Shown piece by piece: positions 1 to 8,598 of a stretch of DNA of 24,494 nt. A program made the position numbers and the translations under genes. This DNA is from Candidatus Methylomirabilota bacterium (lineage in GTDB: Bacteria; Methylomirabilota; Methylomirabilia; Rokubacteriales; CSP1-6): positions 1-24,494 of the forward strand of contig JBKPAK010000122.1 of assembly GCA_046726415.1 (NCBI GenBank), given 5' to 3'. The notes under the pieces are model-generated. The model worked only from the letters and a program-made list of their open reading frames with translations, did no database searches and was not told the DNA's origin. Each line of letters opens with the position of its first letter. The stretch's first letter is position 1.

Positions 1-71
1 TAGACGTCGAGAACGGTGAAACCATCGAACAGCGCCACGGCGACGCGACGAACCGGTTGCTCCGTTGCCAT
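1..71 (-). CDS. DJ-1/PfpI family protein, N-terminal part (runs off window start)
   Basis: Manual translation from ATG at 71 gives MATEQPVRRVAVALFDGFTVLDV(Y), the typical DJ-1/PfpI N-terminal LFDGF..LD motif; GGAGG SD upstream; co-oriented with the MDR gene. Confidence 0.7.
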   Translation of the reverse strand, partial: MATEQPVRRVAVALFDGFTVLDV

Positions 72-117
72 CGTGCCCTCCCGTCGAATCGAATCACTCC
101 ACGATCTCCGCCGCCCC

Positions 118-1125
118 TCAAGGCGTGATGACGACCTTGCCCATGACCTCGCGGTCCTCGAGGCGGCGCAGGCCCTCGCGCGCCTCCTCCAGAGGGAGGA
201 CGCAGTCGATGACAGGCCGGAGCCTGCCATCGCGGACCATCTCGAGGAGCGTCTCGAGATCCTCGCGGGTCCAGCCGTTGGAGCCGAGGATCTCGAGCTC
301 GTACGTCCAGATGTAGCGGATGTCCGTCTGCGGAGCGAAGCCTGCGGTGGCGCCGCAGGTGAGCATGCGGCCACCCCGGCGCAGGCACTTCATCGACCGC
401 ACCCAGGTATCGCCCCCCGTGTAGTTGATCACCACGTCGACGCCGCCGGTGTAGGAACGCCGCGTCGGCTTGCCGAAGAGGCGGTGGATCTCCGCTACCC
501 AGTCCTCGGCGGCGTAATCGATGACGTGATCCGCGCCGAACTCGCGCAGACGCTTGAGCTTGGCCGGAGTGCTACCGCAGGCAACCGCCATGGCGCCCGC
601 CATCTTGGCCAGGAACACGCAGCAGGTGCCCACGCCGCCGCTGGCGCCGAAGATGAGGACCTTCTCCCCCGCGGTGACGCGCCCAATTGTGACCATCATG
701 CGATGCGCCGTTCCGTAGGCCACCGGCAGGGCGGCGGCTTGCTCGAAGCTCACCCCGTCGGGAATCGCGATGAGCTGGTGGGCGTCGACCCGGCACCGTT
801 CCGCGAGGCCGCCGTGCACGGTCTCGCCCATGAGACCACCCTTGACGCAATCAATCGGATCGACCAGGACGCGGTCCCCGGGCGCCCAGCCCTCCACCCC
901 GGACCCGATCTCGGCGACCTCGCCGGCGAAGTCGAGGCCCATGATGGCCGGCATCGGGATCGTGATGCCGGGCATGCCCCGTCGCGTGAAGACGTCGTGA
1001 TAGTTCAGGGATGTCGCGCGTACCCTCACCACGATCTCGCCGGGGCCAGGGTGTGGATCGGGGAAGCTGGGCTCGTAGACGAGCCGTTCCGGGCCCCCGT
1101 GCTGATGCACGACGGCCGCTCTCAT
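118..1125 (-). CDS. Medium-chain dehydrogenase/reductase, quinone-oxidoreductase-like (probably zinc-free), 335 aa
   Basis: MRAAVVHQHGGPERL start; ATSLNYHD and GLDFAGEV replace the catalytic-Zn C/GHE; GASGGVG Rossmann motif; C-terminal GKVVI. ORF-track start at 1395 trimmed to ATG 1125. Confidence 0.85.
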   Translation of the reverse strand: MRAAVVHQHGGPERLVYEPSFPDPHPGPGEIVVRVRATSLNYHDVFTRRGMPGITIPMPAIMGLDFAGEVAEIGSGVEGWAPGDRVLVDPIDCVKGGLMGETVHGGLAERCRVDAHQLIAIPDGVSFEQAAALPVAYGTAHRMMVTIGRVTAGEKVLIFGASGGVGTCCVFLAKMAGAMAVACGSTPAKLKRLREFGADHVIDYAAEDWVAEIHRLFGKPTRRSYTGGVDVVINYTGGDTWVRSMKCLRRGGRMLTCGATAGFAPQTDIRYIWTYELEILGSNGWTREDLETLLEMVRDGRLRPVIDCVLPLEEAREGLRRLEDREVMGKVVITP

Positions 1126-1223
1126 CGATGTGAGGCCTTCGCCGGCGCAACGAGCACGAGGCTGACCATGCGCGATCCGAAGTATACGGCAGCCTGCGAA
1201 CGCCCCCCTAGCGCCTCGAGCCT

Positions 1224-1299
1224 GCGTGACGCTGCTCGCCCGTATCTCGAACAGCGTGACGCGCTGGCCCGTATCTCCAACAGCGTGACGCTGCTCGCC
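1224..1299. repeat. About 2.5 tandem copies of a 29-30 bp direct repeat (GCGTGACGCTGCTCGCCCGTATCTCGAACA)
   Basis: Units start at 1224, 1254 and 1283; lies between the divergent MDR and tctC genes. Confidence 0.85.
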
Positions 1300-1328
1300 T
1301 TGCGCTGTGCGCCGGGCGCTGCTAGTCT
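1300..1328 (+). promoter_or_regulatory. Putative sigma70 promoter for tctCBA
   Basis: TTGCGC-N17-TAGTCT, about 100 bp upstream of tctC ATG. Confidence 0.45.
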
Positions 1329-1427
1329 CGCGCGGTCTCCTGCGGCGGCATTGCCGATTGCGACCGCTCAGGGCGCCGGCCCGTCCGCGACGCATCCTGT
1401 GACGCGGAGTGATAAGGAGATCGAGGA

Positions 1428-2405
1428 ATGATCCGAACGCTCTGCGCGGCCGCCTTGCTCATCGGCACGCTGGTCCAGATGGCGGTCGCCGAGGAGCCGT
1501 ATCCTACGCGCGCCATCACGATCGTCGTGGCATTCCCGCCCGGCGGCCTCGCCGATCTGTCCGCGCGCCCGGTGGCGGCCGCGCTGGAAAAGATCTTGAA
1601 GCAACCCGTCGTCGTGGCCAACAAGCCCGGGGCGGCGGGAGCAGTGGGCAATCAGTCCGTGGCCAGCAGCAAGCCTGACGGATACACGCTCCTCATGGCC
1701 CTGGTGAGCGTCTCCGTCCTCCCGGAGGTCGACAAGCTTTTCGGCCGTCCCCCCACGTACACGCGCGACCAGCTCACCGGAATCGCGCGGGTCAACGCCG
1801 AGCCATCAATCCTTACCGTGCCGGCCAGTGCACCGTGGAAGACGGTGAAGGACCTCGTGGAGGACGCCAAGAAGCGTCCCGGAGAGATCGTCTTCACGTC
1901 GTCTGGACTCTATGGTGCCTCCCACGTGCCCATGGAGATGTTCTTGCATGCGGCCGGGGTCAAGATGCGCCACCTGCCAACGACCGGCGGCGGTCCGATG
2001 ATGAACGCCATTCTCGGCGGGCATGCCCAGGCGACGATGAGCACGACCGCCCTGGTAGCGCCCCACATGAAAGCGGGCAAGCTGCGGCTGCTCGCCCACA
2101 CCGGCGCCATGCCGATCGGCGCCTTCCCCGAGGTGCCGTCGTTCAGATCGCTGGGTTACGACGTGGACTACACGGCGTGGGCTGGGCTGGTGGCGCCGCG
2201 GGCGACGCCGACTCAGGTGGTCAAGATCCTGCGCGAGGCCATGCGCCAGGCCATGAGGGAGCCGGAGGTCGTCACCGCGTATACCAAGGTCGAGATGCCG
2301 GTAGCGTACATGGATGCCGACGAGTTCAACGCCTGGTGGGAGCAAGACGCGAGGCGGCTGGCCACGGTGGTCCAGAAGATCGGAAAGGTCGAGAGCGCGC
2401 AGTAG
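1428..2405 (+). CDS. tctC: Tripartite tricarboxylate transporter substrate-binding protein (Bug/TctC family)
   Basis: Signal peptide; YPTRAITIVVAFPPGGLAD, VVANKPGAAGAVG, KPDGYTLL motifs; AAGGAG SD. Confidence 0.92.
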   Translation: MIRTLCAAALLIGTLVQMAVAEEPYPTRAITIVVAFPPGGLADLSARPVAAALEKILKQPVVVANKPGAAGAVGNQSVASSKPDGYTLLMALVSVSVLPEVDKLFGRPPTYTRDQLTGIARVNAEPSILTVPASAPWKTVKDLVEDAKKRPGEIVFTSSGLYGASHVPMEMFLHAAGVKMRHLPTTGGGPMMNAILGGHAQATMSTTALVAPHMKAGKLRLLAHTGAMPIGAFPEVPSFRSLGYDVDYTAWAGLVAPRATPTQVVKILREAMRQAMREPEVVTAYTKVEMPVAYMDADEFNAWWEQDARRLATVVQKIGKVESAQ

Positions 2406-2414
2406 ACGGCGGCC

Positions 2415-2858
2415 GTGCTGACCATCGATCGCGCTGCCGGAGGGGCCCTCGCCGTGATCGGCCTCGTGACCTTGTGGCAGAGCCGGCAGTACCCGCTCGG
2501 CTCGCTGTATCGCCCCGGACCGGCGTATATGCCGGTCGTACTCGCCCTGCTGCTGATCATCTTCGGTCTCTTGCTCGCCGGGCTGGGGGCGCGAAGCCAG
2601 CGTTTGGGCACCGTCAGCTGGCACGAATGGCGGCACGCCGTGGCCATCTTTGCCGCCTGCGCCTTCGCCGCGTGGGGGCTCGAGCGGATCGGTTACCGGA
2701 TCACCATGGCGCTCGTGCTCCTGTTCCTCCTGGGCGCGCTGGAGCGGAGAGGAATCGCGGCCACCTTGCTGGTGACCGCCGCTGTGGCGGGCGGCTCGTT
2801 CTTCCTTTTCGACACCCTCCTCAGGGTGCCGCTGCCGCGCGGCCCGTTCGGGCTCTGA
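2415..2858 (+). CDS. tctB: Tripartite tricarboxylate transporter small membrane subunit
   Basis: About 4 TM helices; PGPAYMP motif; C-terminal LRVPLPRG; sits between tctC and tctA. Confidence 0.88.
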   Translation: MLTIDRAAGGALAVIGLVTLWQSRQYPLGSLYRPGPAYMPVVLALLLIIFGLLLAGLGARSQRLGTVSWHEWRHAVAIFAACAFAAWGLERIGYRITMALVLLFLLGALERRGIAATLLVTAAVAGGSFFLFDTLLRVPLPRGPFGL

Positions 2859-2859
2859 C

Positions 2860-4383
2860 GTGTTGGAGACGTTCCAGAACCTCTACCTCGGCTTCACGGT
2901 GGCCCTCTCGCCGGGGGTCCTCTGGTACGGATTCGTCGGCTGTGTGGTAGGCACCTTGGTGGGGGTGCTGCCCGGAGTCGGGCCACTGGCGGGGATCAGC
3001 CTGCTCCTGCCCGTCACGTTCGGTCTCGATGCCACGCGGGCCATCGTAATGCTGGCGGGCATTTACTACGGCGCTATGTACGGCGGCTCGACCACGTCGA
3101 TCCTGATGCGGATCCCCGGCGAAGCGGCCTCGGTCATGACCTGCATCGACGGCTACGCCATGGCCCGCAAGGGGCGCGCAGGACCGGCCCTGACCATCGC
3201 CGCGGTGGGCTCCTACGTGGCGGGCACCGCGAGCGTGGTGGCCCTCATGTTCCTGGCGCCCCCGCTGGCGTCCTTCGCCTTGCGCTTCGGGCCTCCGGAG
3301 TACTTCTCGTTACTCCTGCTCGGCCTCCTCGTCCTGGCGTACATGAACACGGGCTCGATGTTGAAGGGCCTTGCCATGGCTGCGCTCGGGCTCCTCCTCG
3401 GAATGATCGGCATCGACCAGATGAGCGGATACTTCCGCTTCGCCTATGGTGTCACCGAGCTGGGGGACGGCATCGGCGTCGTTCCGGTGGCCGTTGGCCT
3501 CTTCGGCCTTGCCGAGATCCTCTTCACCGCCGGCCAGGCGACGCCCCCAGAGGTCATCAAGCCGCGCCTTCGCGATCTCCTGCCCTCGCCCCGGGAGTTG
3601 CGGGAGGCGAATGCGCCCATCTGGCGGGGAACTGTCATGGGGTTCCTGATCGGGATCATCCCCGGCTCGGCTCACGTCATCTCCACGTTCGTCTCGTATG
3701 CGATCGAGCGCAGGCTGTCGAAGCGCCCGCACGAATTCGGGCAGGGGGCCGTGGCCGGGGTCGCCGGCCCGGAGTCGGCCAACAACGCGGCCACCTCGGG
3801 CGCCTTCGTGCCCATGCTGGCCCTCGGAGTGCCGGGCGTGCCCATCGCCGCCCTGCTGCTGGCGGCCATGATGGTGCATGGGGTAACGCCGGGGCCGCTG
3901 CTCATCAAGAACGACCCCCAGCTATTCTGGGGATTCATCGCCTCGATGTACGTGGGCAACGCCATCCTGCTCATCCTCAACCTGCCGCTGGTCGGGCTGT
4001 TCGTGAATCTCTTGCGCGTGCCGTATCCGCTCCTCTATCCGACCATCCTGGTCTGCTCCATCCTCGGCGTGTACGCCGTCAACAGCAGCGCGGTCGACGT
4101 GTGGATCATGCTGGCCATGGGGATCCTCGGATACGCGCTGCGCAAGCTCGATTTCGAGACCGCGCCCATCGTGCTGGGGCTGGTTCTGGCGCCGATGATG
4201 GAGCTGAGCTTGCGCCAGTCACTCGCCCTCTCGGCGGGCCGCTACGACATCTTCGTGACCCGACCCATCTCGCTCGCCCTGCTCGCGGTCGGCGCCGTGC
4301 TGGTGGCGCTGGCCCTTCGCCCGCTGATCTCGCGCACACTCGATTGGCGAGCCCGCATCCCCATCGAAAGCGATTCGCGATGA
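2860..4383 (+). CDS. tctA: Tripartite tricarboxylate transporter large permease subunit
   Basis: GTLVGVLPGVGP, YYGAMYGGSTTSIL, GVAGPESANNAA motifs; 507 aa polytopic membrane protein. Confidence 0.93.
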   Translation: MLETFQNLYLGFTVALSPGVLWYGFVGCVVGTLVGVLPGVGPLAGISLLLPVTFGLDATRAIVMLAGIYYGAMYGGSTTSILMRIPGEAASVMTCIDGYAMARKGRAGPALTIAAVGSYVAGTASVVALMFLAPPLASFALRFGPPEYFSLLLLGLLVLAYMNTGSMLKGLAMAALGLLLGMIGIDQMSGYFRFAYGVTELGDGIGVVPVAVGLFGLAEILFTAGQATPPEVIKPRLRDLLPSPRELREANAPIWRGTVMGFLIGIIPGSAHVISTFVSYAIERRLSKRPHEFGQGAVAGVAGPESANNAATSGAFVPMLALGVPGVPIAALLLAAMMVHGVTPGPLLIKNDPQLFWGFIASMYVGNAILLILNLPLVGLFVNLLRVPYPLLYPTILVCSILGVYAVNSSAVDVWIMLAMGILGYALRKLDFETAPIVLGLVLAPMMELSLRQSLALSAGRYDIFVTRPISLALLAVGAVLVALALRPLISRTLDWRARIPIESDSR

Positions 4384-4511
4384 CGCCCCGGCCCCCTCGA
4401 CCAGGCCACCCGCGGTGCACCCCGAGCAGGCGCTCCGATGAATCGACGCCCCGGCCCCCTCGACCAGGCCACCCGCGGTGCACCCCGAGCAGGCGCTCCG
4501 AATGGATCGAC
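4382..4511. repeat. Two near-identical tandem copies of a 63 bp unit between tctA and the molybdoprotein gene
   Basis: GACGCCCCGGCCCCCTCGACCAGGCCACCCGCGGTGCACCCCGAGCAGGCGCTCCGA at 4382 and 4445. Confidence 0.92.
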
Positions 4512-4539
4512 GGCGCCAATCCCGGAGGGTTTCTAACTC

Positions 4540-6852
4540 ATGGCTGAAGACGCAGGCGAGGTCGTCCGCCGCCGCGAGGATCCCCGACTGGTCACGGGAG
4601 CCGGGCAGTTCGTCGACGACCTGTGCTTCCCCGACTGCCTTCACCTCGCCGTTGTGCGCTCGCCCCATGCGCACGCGCGCGTCCGCGCCATCGACGGCGC
4701 GGCGGCGCGGCGCGCGCCAGGGATGCTGGGCGTTTTTACGGGAGTCGATCTCGGAACGGCCAACGCGCCGATGCCGACCTACGCGCCGCATCCGGCGCTG
4801 CCGATCGTCTGCGGCACTCGGCCCCTTGCCGTCGACCGCGTGCGCTTCGTGGGCGAGCCGGTGGCCGTCGTCGTCGCCACCGATCGGTACTGCGCCGAGG
4901 ACGCCCTCGATCTGGTCTCGGTGGACTATGAGCCCCTGCCCGCGGTGATCGACGTGGAAGCCGCTCTGGCCTCCGGAGCGCCGATGCTCCATGAGGAGCT
5001 CGGGGGCAACGTGGCCTCCGAGTGGTCCCAACGAGTCGGAGATCCGGAGGGGGCGTTTCGTACGGCCGAGGTCGTGGCGCGCACGCGCCTGCGGCTAGCC
5101 CGCGGCGGTGCTCACCCGCTGGAGCCCCGCGGACTGGTGGCGCAGTGGGCCGATGGGCAGCTCACGCTGTGGGCGGCCGTGCAGATGGTGCACCGCCACC
5201 GCAGCGTGTACGCGCCCCAGCTCGGTCTGGCCGAAGAGCAGATCCGCGTGGTGGCGCCCGCCGATGTCGGCGGTGGCTTCGGCACGAAGGGCATGTACTA
5301 CCCGGAATACGTGGTGACCGCTGCCCTCGCCATGAAGCTCGGGCGGCCCGTGAAGTGGATCGAGAGCCGGCGGGAGCACACCCTGGTCGCCTGCGTCGAG
5401 CGCGAGCAGATCCACGACATCGAGATCGCCGCCACGCGCGACGGGCGGCTCCTGGCGCTGCGCGATCGGTTCCTGCACGACCTGGGAGCCTACACCATCT
5501 CCGGACTCAACCTCCCGCAGAACACGATGATCCACTCAGTGGGACCGTACCGGATCCCCCACGTCGAGCTGAGCTTCCGCGCGGTGGTGACCAACACCAC
5601 GCCCGTGGGTGCCTACCGCGGCGCCGGACGGCCGCAGGGCACGGGAGTCAGCGAGCGGGCGATGGACGCCCTCGCCCACGAGCTGGGCATGGATCCCATT
5701 GAGGTGCGGCGTCGGAACCTCATCACCGCCGACCAGCACCCGTACGACACCGGGCTCATGACGGCGGGCCGGGGACCGGTGGTGTATGAGAGCGGCAACT
5801 TCCCCCAGTGCATGGAGCTGGCGCTGGAAACTCTCGACCTCCCGGCGCTGCGCCGGGAGCAGGCGCGACTGCTCACCGAGGGGCGCTACCTCGGTATCGG
5901 GGTGGTGAACTACATCGAGGCCACCGCCACTGTCCCCCACGAAAGCGCGATCGTGCGCGTGGGGCCGGAGGGGCAGGTGACCGTCGTCACCGGCGCGGCT
6001 CCGCAGGGACAGGGCCACGTCACCATGCTCTCCCATCTCGTGGGCGGCCTGCTCGATGTCGATCCCGGGGCCATCGACGTCTTGACCGGCGACACCGCGC
6101 TCATCGCCATCGGCGGCGGCACCTATGGAAGCCGCACGGCGGCCATCGGGGGAAGCGCGGCGCTTCTCGCCTCGCAGGTGGTGCGCGAGAAGGCCGCGCG
6201 CATCGCCGGGCATCTTCTCGAGGCGGCGCCGGCGGACATCGTCCTTCGGGACGGAAAGTTTTCGGTGAAGGGATTGCCCAGCCGGGCCACGGGCTGGGCA
6301 GAGGTTGCGGCGGCGGCGCATGCCGGAGGCAGTCCAGGTGAGGCGGCCGGGTTGGAGGATATGCAGGTCTTCAGCGTGCCGCAGTCGTCGTACGCCAACG
6401 GGACACACGCCGTGGTCGTCGAGGTCGATCCCGAGACCGGCGCGGTGACCATCCTGCGGTGGGTCGTGGCCCACGATTGTGGGCGCGTGCTGCAGCCGAC
6501 CTTGGTCGAGGGGCAGATCCATGGCGGGGTGGTGCAGGGGATCCCCGACGCGCTCAACGACCAGCTGGCCCATGACGAGACGGGGCAGCCGCTCGCGGCG
6601 ACCTTGATGGACTACGCGCTGGCCACCGCCGCCGATGCACCTCGGACGTTCGAGATCCGCCACCAGGAGTCGCCGACCCCGCTCAATCCGCTCGGAGCCA
6701 AAGGTGCGGGCGAGGGGGGGATCATGCCGGTACACCCGCTGATCGGCCAGGCCATCGAGGATGCGCTCGCCCCCTTCGGGGCGCGGATCACGCGGGTGCC
6801 GGTGACGCGCGTCGAGATCCGCGCACTGGTGGGCGGACAGCCGCCGGTCTGA
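4540..6852 (+). CDS. Xanthine dehydrogenase family molybdopterin-binding large subunit (form II CoxL-like)
   Basis: RREDPRLVTG, RSPHAHARV, VGGGFGTKG, AYRGAGRP, EGQIHGGVVQG, GAKGAGEGG motifs; 770 aa. Confidence 0.92.
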   Translation: MAEDAGEVVRRREDPRLVTGAGQFVDDLCFPDCLHLAVVRSPHAHARVRAIDGAAARRAPGMLGVFTGVDLGTANAPMPTYAPHPALPIVCGTRPLAVDRVRFVGEPVAVVVATDRYCAEDALDLVSVDYEPLPAVIDVEAALASGAPMLHEELGGNVASEWSQRVGDPEGAFRTAEVVARTRLRLARGGAHPLEPRGLVAQWADGQLTLWAAVQMVHRHRSVYAPQLGLAEEQIRVVAPADVGGGFGTKGMYYPEYVVTAALAMKLGRPVKWIESRREHTLVACVEREQIHDIEIAATRDGRLLALRDRFLHDLGAYTISGLNLPQNTMIHSVGPYRIPHVELSFRAVVTNTTPVGAYRGAGRPQGTGVSERAMDALAHELGMDPIEVRRRNLITADQHPYDTGLMTAGRGPVVYESGNFPQCMELALETLDLPALRREQARLLTEGRYLGIGVVNYIEATATVPHESAIVRVGPEGQVTVVTGAAPQGQGHVTMLSHLVGGLLDVDPGAIDVLTGDTALIAIGGGTYGSRTAAIGGSAALLASQVVREKAARIAGHLLEAAPADIVLRDGKFSVKGLPSRATGWAEVAAAAHAGGSPGEAAGLEDMQVFSVPQSSYANGTHAVVVEVDPETGAVTILRWVVAHDCGRVLQPTLVEGQIHGGVVQGIPDALNDQLAHDETGQPLAATLMDYALATAADAPRTFEIRHQESPTPLNPLGAKGAGEGGIMPVHPLIGQAIEDALAPFGARITRVPVTRVEIRALVGGQPPV

Positions 6853-6959
6853 ATCGGCGGCGGCGCTGGCGCGGGTCTCAGCGGAAGGGATTCACCGCGC
6901 CCACGGTGCCGTAGAGGCTCAGCAGTGGCGCGCCGGCGCCGATCGCGGCGAGGAGGGCG

Positions 6960-7373
6960 CTACGGGGCTTTCTTGGCCGCGGCCCCTTTGCTCGTCACCG
7001 ACTTCGCGGTCTTCTTCCCGTCGGCCTCGGCGTACGTGACGGTGACCGTCTCGGCCTCCATGACGTCCTTGACGCCGACGACCTTGCCACCTTTCATGAC
7101 CTTCGTCTCTTTCTCCACGATGAACGTGACCTCTTCCTGGTTCTTGCCCTTCGGCGTCACGAGGACGATCAGCTCACTATCGGTCACCTTCTTGACCTTG
7201 CCGGTTGCGGACTTGCTCGACGCCTTGGCAGCGGGCTTGGCCGTGTCGGATTTTGGAGCATCGGACTTCGGGGTGTCGGCCTTGGGTGCGGCCGGCTGCT
7301 GGGCTAGCGCCGGGGCGGCCAGTGACGCTACGAACGCACCCGCCACGATGAGAGCAAGGATCCGTCGGGTCAT
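6960..7373 (-). CDS. Small secreted Lys/Ala-rich protein with a probable OB-fold-like beta domain
   Basis: Sec signal peptide (ALA|QQ); PK(A/S)D(T/A) linker repeats; TGKVKKV...VTVTY beta pattern; AAAGGAG SD. Confidence 0.75.
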   Translation of the reverse strand: MTRRILALIVAGAFVASLAAPALAQQPAAPKADTPKSDAPKSDTAKPAAKASSKSATGKVKKVTDSELIVLVTPKGKNQEEVTFIVEKETKVMKGGKVVGVKDVMEAETVTVTYAEADGKKTAKSVTSKGAAAKKAP

Positions 7374-7473
7374 GAGCGCGACTCCTTTCTGGAGTGGGAC
7401 GTTAACGTCACCAAACGCGGCAACGGTACGACCCTATCACAGGCGGGGCCCCAGGCCGGCACAAGACCGTCGC

Positions 7474-8598
7474 TCAGGCCATGCCAACCGCGGCGCGGGA
7501 AACATGCGCGGGGCCGCCCTGGCGATTCATCCAGTCGGCCTGGCGAAAACCCTCGCCGATTTGCTCCAGCCCAAAGACGTGCGAGACGAGCCGCTGGAAC
7601 GGAAAGCGCGTGAGATTTCGGCGCAGGAAGGTCAGGGCCTGGGCGAGCGCCCACGGCGAATAGTTCGCGCACGCCACAAATCGCACGGCGCCCCGCACCA
7701 TAGCCGTCGCGTCGTAGGAAAAGATATTGCCCGGCGAGATGTTGCCCACCTCGAGGTAGCAGCCACCGCTGCGGAGCATTCGCAGGCCCTCCGGGATGAC
7801 CGCCGGGTACCCCACGAAGTCGGCCACGACGTGAGCGCCGAAACCCCCCGTGAGGTCCATCACTGCCGCGACCCGCGCCTCGGGTGTCGTCAGCTCAGCC
7901 AGGCTCAGCGCGTGATCGGCGCCGAAGGCCCGGGCGAGCGCCAGGCGCTCGGGAATGGCGTCGACCGCGATGACCCGATCGGCGCCAGCGTCGTGGGCCA
8001 CCGCCACCGCGTTGAGGCCGAGGCCCCCCGCGCCCTGGATGACTACCGTATGCCCGGGGCGAAGCCCGGCCCGCCGAAGACCGTAGATCACTTGTGAGAG
8101 GGCGCAATTGGCGGGGGTGGCCACATCGTCACTCAGTTCGTCGGGGATCCGAAAGATCCAGTGCCCGGGCCGCAGGTAGTAATAGTCGCCGTAGGCGTTG
8201 TTGAAGTACGGAGCCGTGCCGGCCACGCGGTTCGCCCGTCCCTTGCGGGGACAATCGCCCATCTCGTCGTCGAGGCACACCGGGCAGCGGCCGCAGGGGA
8301 AGAAGTAGAGGTACGTCACGCGGTCGCCTTCGCGGAGATGCTGACCGGCAGAGTCGGTGCTGACCCCGGCGCCCAGCCGCTCCACCCGGCCGCACATCTC
8401 GTGACCGAACGTGAGATTGTTGGGGATGCCCCCATAGACGTCCTTCATCTCGCCGCGCCAGATGTGCAGATCGGAGCCGCAGATCCCGGCGCGGGTCAGC
8501 TTCACGAGAATTGCCCCTGGTTCGACGTCGGGAACCGGATACTCGCGCAGTTCGAACTCGCCGCCATAGTCGCGCAGGACAGCCACACGCCCTTTCAT
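7474..8598 (-). CDS. Zinc-dependent alcohol dehydrogenase (MDR family)
   Basis: GICGSDLH, GHE, structural CGRCPVC...C, GAGGLG motifs; ATGA overlap with the upstream gene. Confidence 0.9.
   Translation of the reverse strand: MKGRVAVLRDYGGEFELREYPVPDVEPGAILVKLTRAGICGSDLHIWRGEMKDVYGGIPNNLTFGHEMCGRVERLGAGVSTDSAGQHLREGDRVTYLYFFPCGRCPVCLDDEMGDCPRKGRANRVAGTAPYFNNAYGDYYYLRPGHWIFRIPDELSDDVATPANCALSQVIYGLRRAGLRPGHTVVIQGAGGLGLNAVAVAHDAGADRVIAVDAIPERLALARAFGADHALSLAELTTPEARVAAVMDLTGGFGAHVVADFVGYPAVIPEGLRMLRSGGCYLEVGNISPGNIFSYDATAMVRGAVRFVACANYSPWALAQALTFLRRNLTRFPFQRLVSHVFGLEQIGEGFRQADWMNRQGGPAHVSRAAVGMA

Noticed and set aside
16-1431. 471 aa + strand ORF
   Set aside because: Antisense shadow of the MDR gene; no motifs; typical high-GC artefact
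1224-4511. Direct repeats at 1224 and 4382 as CRISPR arrays
   Set aside because: Units are contiguous with no unique spacers, only 2-3 copies, and no cas genes in the window
4540-6852. True aerobic CO dehydrogenase (form I coxL)
   Set aside because: Motif is AYRGAGR, not AYxCSFR, and there are no coxM, coxS or accessory genes
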